In this document: positions 59,754 to 64,000 of the stretch, in pieces
How the letters are laid out: each line of letters starts with the position of its first letter
How positions within the stretch are numbered: position 1 is the stretch's first letter
Assembly: GCA_027488905.1 (NCBI GenBank)
Contig: JAIYAT010000010.1
Coordinates: 213,061-277,060, forward strand
Length of the DNA stretch: 64,000 nt
Source of the DNA: Bacteroidota bacterium
Lineage (GTDB): Bacteria > Bacteroidota > Bacteroidia > UKL13-3
Direction: 5' to 3'
Translations under genes and position numbers: made by a program
The notes under the pieces: model-generated
Told to the model about the DNA's origin: nothing
Databases searched by the model: none
The model's input: the letters and a program-made list of their open reading frames with translations, nothing else

Positions 59754-61355
59754 ATGAAAAAATGGTCTCGCCTTCAAATAGTATTATGGCTTTTTATATG
59801 CATGAGTTCTGTAACCGTAATGGGTCAAAGCAATGTTTTAATACCTTATAGAGACGGAAATCTCTTTGGATTGGCCAATAAAGAAGGGAAGGTTTTACTT
59901 AAGCCTGCCTACCACAAATTGCAAATCATGGGTGGTGGTTATTTTAAATATTGGAAGCAAGTAAAAGCAGCCACAGGTAATGAAGAAGAGGAGTTTGAAA
60001 TAGGAGTGCTAGCTGGAACAAAACCTATTATCCAAGAAGAAGGATTAACCCATTTTGTGTATCTCGCCCAAGGCATAATTATTGGAACAGCCAACTTATA
60101 CAATAGCAATAACTGTAAGTTTTATGATGTAACAGGTAAGCCTTTTTTTAAGGAAAACTTCAAGACTTGCAGGGTGGTGAATCCCTCTTCGCAAGAAAAG
60201 GGTGAGCTACATGCTTTGGCCCTTTTGGTAGAGAAATACGATGAATCTATTAGCATATTGATATTTGATCCTAATACAAAAGACTTTACAACTCCTTTAT
60301 TAGAGAATGTAAGAGGTTTCTCTTTGCAAGCAGCGCTTGTGCCTAGATACATATCGGTTATTAATTATATGGATGCCGATAATCGTCTACAGAAAGACAT
60401 GTTTTACTATAACTATGCTACCCAAAAGCATGTACGAGCTCCTTTCCAAAGCCAAGAAGCACTTTATAAATTGTATCAATCACCAGAGGTATCCCCCAAA
60501 CCAAAAACGATTGCCAAAAAAGAAATGGCAGCAACAGAAACACTTTCTCCCCCTTATTTTAGGTTCGAAAGCAAAACACATGTAAAAAGGGGAGAATATG
60601 AAATAACGCTGGCGGCCAATGAAAGCATCGTCCCAATTTCAATTTATTCAAATCAGGCTCAAGAACAACTGCCCATTCTTAAACAAGGCAAACAATATGC
60701 CTTGCTATTGCCAGACTTAGGCAAAAGCAAAGAGCTTTATGATAGTTTGGTATATGTAAAACAACTTTTCAATTCAAAAGATAACAAGAATCAATGGTGC
60801 TATTTGGCGGCTAAAAGATCTGAGCAAGGTGTCCTTCAATGGGGAATCTTAAACGAAAAGGGAGATGCGAGTGTGCCACTTATGTATGATTCTATTGGAT
60901 TTAAATTAGCAGAATCAAGTTACTTTGAGGGCCAAGGCAATTACCAAATTAAATACCCAGGCAGTTATGTCACTTATGCCCCTTACATCGAAAACAGCTT
61001 ATTAGGATTGTTTTTGGTAAAGAAAAATGGCAAGTATGGACTTGTAAACTTAGTAAATGAGGAAATTGTAGCTGTAAATGCATCCAAGATTTGGCGAAAC
61101 AATATTTCTATTCCAGAAATATTAGGACTTGAAGAAAGATTTTATGTATACCAGCAAGCAAATAGTTATGGTGTTTTTCAACTGAGTTTAGAGGGTGTCG
61201 TATCTAGGAAGACTGGGCCTGTTTTTATAGATATTCCTGTTGCTTTTTATCCAAACTATATGGAAATCCCAGGCTTGGACATTTACTTCGTAATCAAAAA
61301 TCAGGAATTATTTTTTGGCTTGGTTAGCGATGAGGGGAAGAGATATTATCGTTAG
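59754..61355 (+). CDS. Secreted WG/KWG-type repeat protein, hypothetical
   Basis: Signal peptide (start set at MKKWSRLQIVLW). Recurring NGKYGL / DGNLFGL repeat units. Confidence 0.5.
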   Translation: MKKWSRLQIVLWLFICMSSVTVMGQSNVLIPYRDGNLFGLANKEGKVLLKPAYHKLQIMGGGYFKYWKQVKAATGNEEEEFEIGVLAGTKPIIQEEGLTHFVYLAQGIIIGTANLYNSNNCKFYDVTGKPFFKENFKTCRVVNPSSQEKGELHALALLVEKYDESISILIFDPNTKDFTTPLLENVRGFSLQAALVPRYISVINYMDADNRLQKDMFYYNYATQKHVRAPFQSQEALYKLYQSPEVSPKPKTIAKKEMAATETLSPPYFRFESKTHVKRGEYEITLAANESIVPISIYSNQAQEQLPILKQGKQYALLLPDLGKSKELYDSLVYVKQLFNSKDNKNQWCYLAAKRSEQGVLQWGILNEKGDASVPLMYDSIGFKLAESSYFEGQGNYQIKYPGSYVTYAPYIENSLLGLFLVKKNGKYGLVNLVNEEIVAVNASKIWRNNISIPEILGLEERFYVYQQANSYGVFQLSLEGVVSRKTGPVFIDIPVAFYPNYMEIPGLDIYFVIKNQELFFGLVSDEGKRYYR

Positions 61356-61547
61356 GCAGCTTTTTGTATTTGTAAAGGTTTTGTTTGAACCAAAAATGCA
61401 CAAAACGCTATAATTTAATTGCCTATAATTCAGTTTTTTATATTGGAGTTGTAATTTTAATTCAATCTCAAAAAAACTATTCGAGGCTTAAATAGTTTTA
61501 CTTAGGAGTGAGTAAATTTTCATAATTAAGCGTTGTTGAAAGGCAAC

Positions 61548-61586
61548 AAAAAAGGGCACCTTGAGTAAGTGCCCTTTTATTTTTTT
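61548..61586. terminator. Bidirectional rho-independent terminator
   Basis: Stem agggcac / gtgccct with 9-nt loop, A6 on the left and T-rich run on the right. Serves the + gene upstream and the minus-strand tRNA-Cys. Confidence 0.75.
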
Positions 61587-61659
61587 GGAGGTACCGAGCA
61601 GATTCGAACTGCTGTAGAAGCTTTTGCAGAGCCTTGCCTAGCCTCTCGGCCACGGTACC
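61586..61659 (-). tRNA. tRNA-Cys (anticodon GCA), CCA encoded
   Basis: Hand-folded: 7-bp acceptor stem GGTACCG/CGGTACC, anticodon loop CTGCAAA, T-loop TTCGAAT, discriminator U73 (the Cys identity element), 74 nt. Confidence 0.9.
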
Positions 61660-61764
61660 AATTGAGAACTTCAAATATAAGATTTTTTTTTAGCTAGAGA
61701 AGAACTTAGCTAAATAATTTTTGTGATTTCATACCTTTGACCTTATCAAAACAAAAATAAATAA

Positions 61765-62277
61765 ATGAAGAACATCTTAGTTGTGGCAATTGCTGCCTTA
61801 TCTTTGGCCGCTTGTGGCGGTAATGCATCTCAAACAAAAACCAATGCAGACTCTACAGAAAATCAAACAACCGTAATTGATACAGTAGGCATGTCTTACT
61901 ATGGCGAAAAAATTACGCCAGATAGTGCGGTTTCTGTTGGAGATTTAGCCACATTAATGGGAGATAAAACAGAATTAGCATGCAAAGTATCAGGAGAAAT
62001 TGAAGCGGTTTGTCAAAAAAAGGGTTGTTGGATGGACATTAAGAATCCTAATGGCGAATCAGTTAGAATAACATTTAAAGACTATGGATTTTTTATGCCA
62101 AAAGACGCTTCTGGAAAAAAAGCAATCATGTTAGGTTTAGCTAAAGTTGAAGAAACTAGTATTGCAGATTTACAAGAATATGCTAAGGATGCAGGTAAAA
62201 CGAAAGAAGAAGTAAAAGCAATTACTACTCCAAAAAAGGAACTTGTTTTTGAAGCTAGCGGTGTAATTCTTCAATAA
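61765..62277 (+). CDS. Lipoprotein, DUF4920-like
   Basis: Lipobox LSLAACGG. CQKKGCWMD motif. 170 aa. Confidence 0.55.
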   Translation: MKNILVVAIAALSLAACGGNASQTKTNADSTENQTTVIDTVGMSYYGEKITPDSAVSVGDLATLMGDKTELACKVSGEIEAVCQKKGCWMDIKNPNGESVRITFKDYGFFMPKDASGKKAIMLGLAKVEETSIADLQEYAKDAGKTKEEVKAITTPKKELVFEASGVILQ

Positions 62278-62282
62278 GGTTT

Positions 62283-62753
62283 ATGAGGCAATTATATTTT
62301 GCATTTGGCTTATTGTTTTTAATTAGCTTGTTGGTTCAAGCATGCAGTAATGAGCCAAAACCTGCCACAAAGGCTGAGGCTGAGAAGTCAGATTCTTTAG
62401 ACGCTTGTGCAACCATTAAAGACCCAAATCAACCTAAGCCAATGGCTTTGATGATGCGTCAAATGGCTGCAAATTCAGACAGTATGAAAGCGAAAATAAG
62501 TCGTGGTGAAGTTTTAGATTCTTTACAATATCCATTTATAAGATTTTATGCGGTTGAACCAACAGACCCAAATGTGTTAGAACCAAATTTCTTTGAAAAG
62601 GCTAGGTTGTTTCAATCGGCATACAAGGCGTTATTTCAGCATCCTTCTGAGCAAAAAAAGTATTATAATCTAATGATTCAAGCTTGCGTTAATTGTCATG
62701 AAAATTATTGTAGTGGTCCTTTAAAACGAATAAGGAAATTACCCATTCAATAA
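62283..62753 (+). CDS. Small lipoprotein with single CXXCH haem-binding motif (mono-haem cytochrome c-like)
   Basis: Lipobox LVQAC. C-terminal CVNCH. Confidence 0.55.
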   Translation: MRQLYFAFGLLFLISLLVQACSNEPKPATKAEAEKSDSLDACATIKDPNQPKPMALMMRQMAANSDSMKAKISRGEVLDSLQYPFIRFYAVEPTDPNVLEPNFFEKARLFQSAYKALFQHPSEQKKYYNLMIQACVNCHENYCSGPLKRIRKLPIQ

Positions 62754-62782
62754 GTTATACAGAAATTAATTCATACATTTGA

Positions 62783-63916
62783 TTGAAAAACAACCAATCA
62801 AAATTTATGAAAACTTTTTTTACCACCAAAAGACCTATGAAAGTTATACTACTTTTCATGGGTCTTTTTGTTTCTGCCTCTGTTTACACCTACGAAACAG
62901 GAGCTTCACCCGGGTACACTGGAGCTCCTGGAAACAGCAATTGTTCTTCTTGTCATTCTTGCACGCCAATTACTACTGGCAGTGTTTGGGGAGGGATTAC
63001 CTTGACAAGAGTTGGCGGTTCCTTAGCAAGTATTACTGCAAATGCTTCAAATCCAATGAGTCTTTCTTTTTCTTCTTTAACTAGCACTAAGTTTGGATTT
63101 CAATTGTGTGTTTTGCCATCTTCAGCAACCAGTACCACTGCATCTGTTGGTTCTTTAAGCGTGGGGACTTCCACCTTGATTCAAACCTCAAGCACTACTT
63201 CCCCTGCCAGAACTTACCTTAATCAAACTTCTGCAGGTACAGCAGCTAGTTCTGGCAACGCCACTTGGAATTTCAATTGGATTACACCTGCTAGTTATTC
63301 TGGTGGAGCAACTTTTTATGTAGTTATTAACGAGACAGATGGAAATAGCAGTTCTTCTGGTGATCAAATCTACCTTAAAACATTTTCTACGACGGTATTG
63401 CCCGTTAGGTGGTTAGATTTTAGCGCCCAAGAAACCAATGAAGGCGTTATGCTTAAATGGAGCACTGCGACCGAAGTAAACAATAATTATTTTGAAATTG
63501 AAAGAAGTGAAGATGGGTTAAATTTTGAATTTGCTGGAAAAGTAAATGGAATTGGAAATGCAAACAAAATTTCAAGCTACCGCTTTTTAGATGAGGTAAA
63601 TCCTAGCAGAACTTGGTTTTACAGACTAAAGCAAGTTGACTTTGATGGGATAGAAGAGTTTAGTAGAACTATTACCTACCAATCAAATGTTGAACAAGCT
63701 CCAATAGTTTATACCCAAGGTGATTTAAACCAATTGGTTATTAAATCTGAAAGTCCAGCCAATTCAATAAGTGTGTTTTCACTTTCAGGAAAGTTAATAA
63801 CTAAAATAGAGGGTGATGGAAGTAATCAATTTGAACTGCCACAACACCTTAAAGGTCTTTATTTGGTTAATGTTCAAATCGGTTCAAACAATTACTACAA
63901 GAAGCTTTTGTTTTAG
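62783..63916 (+). CDS. Secreted T9SS CTD protein with N-terminal CXXCH motif
   Basis: Signal peptide (alternative start at 62807), GYTGAPGNSNCSSCHSC near the N-terminus, Ser/Thr-rich middle, C-terminal sorting-domain-like tail. Confidence 0.55.
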   Translation: MKNNQSKFMKTFFTTKRPMKVILLFMGLFVSASVYTYETGASPGYTGAPGNSNCSSCHSCTPITTGSVWGGITLTRVGGSLASITANASNPMSLSFSSLTSTKFGFQLCVLPSSATSTTASVGSLSVGTSTLIQTSSTTSPARTYLNQTSAGTAASSGNATWNFNWITPASYSGGATFYVVINETDGNSSSSGDQIYLKTFSTTVLPVRWLDFSAQETNEGVMLKWSTATEVNNNYFEIERSEDGLNFEFAGKVNGIGNANKISSYRFLDEVNPSRTWFYRLKQVDFDGIEEFSRTITYQSNVEQAPIVYTQGDLNQLVIKSESPANSISVFSLSGKLITKIEGDGSNQFELPQHLKGLYLVNVQIGSNNYYKKLLF

Positions 63917-64000
63917 CGATAAAGCACCTCTTTAACTGCTTTGCTTACGCGCTCAACGTTTGGTAAGAACTCTTGCACAAATGTTGGTGCGTAGCCAAGC
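63913..64000 (-). CDS. 3' end of an unidentified minus-strand gene running off the window
   Basis: Open frame …LGYAPTFVQEFLPNVERVSKAVKEVLYR then stop at 63913-63915. Too short to identify. Confidence 0.3.
   Translation of the reverse strand, partial: LGYAPTFVQEFLPNVERVSKAVKEVLYR

Noticed and set aside
61681-61718. Palindromic hairpin TTTAGCTA-N10-TAGCTAAA as a terminator upstream of tRNA-Cys
   Set aside because: On the minus strand it is followed by an A-run, not a U-run. On the plus strand the following tract is AAUAAUUUUU and no + strand gene ends nearby. Kept only as an unexplained structure.

Overview
This is an AT-rich chromosomal core segment of a Bacteroidota bacterium, probably Flavobacteriia- or Sphingobacteriia-like. 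The phylum call rests on T9SS C-terminal sorting domains, a porU-porV-like pair, an atp operon with no atpD/atpC after atpG, an ileS-traR-lspA arrangement, and a Bacteroidetes-type TTG / TAnnTTTG promoter. The window holds about 65 protein genes, nearly all housekeeping, with no phage, IS, CRISPR or restriction genes. Housekeeping genes: greA, HIT, ruvC, recO, PBP1A, the F0F1 ATP synthase operon atpB-E-F-H-A-G (preceded by a bactofilin gene, an AtpZ/AtpI-like gene and a 4-TM membrane-protein gene), PPIase, serS, lspA, ileS, metF, tcdA, SUI1, dgt, clpP, clpX and corA. Envelope and secretion genes: a PorU-like fragment, PorV, a PorZ-like beta-propeller CTD protein, two further T9SS CTD proteins and an MMPL exporter. 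The one RNA gene is tRNA-Cys(GCA), flanked by a bidirectional terminator. The most striking signal is at the DNA level. The near-palindromic oligomer TTCGGTTTGAACCAA (core TTGAACCAA / GGTTYRAACC) recurs dozens of times. It appears in both orientations, in different reading frames and in intergenic DNA, far above chance, which suggests a genome-wide iterated signal such as an uptake-sequence-like, HIP-like or methylation-linked site. Other notable items: a DksA/TraR zinc-finger regulator carrying a ~265-aa histone-H1-like Lys/Ala/Pro tail encoded by slippage-prone DNA repeats; an FGE (SUMF1)-domain protein with a large novel coiled-coil N-domain; an AtpB with His-rich termini; a two-component system translationally coupled to a PLD-family enzyme; a small unlisted Cys-rich zinc-ribbon ORF upstream of ileS; GC-rich tandem and inverted repeats flanking serS; and a terminal cluster of lipoproteins and secreted proteins with CXXCH haem-binding motifs. 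All calls are from sequence reading only. No database searches were run.
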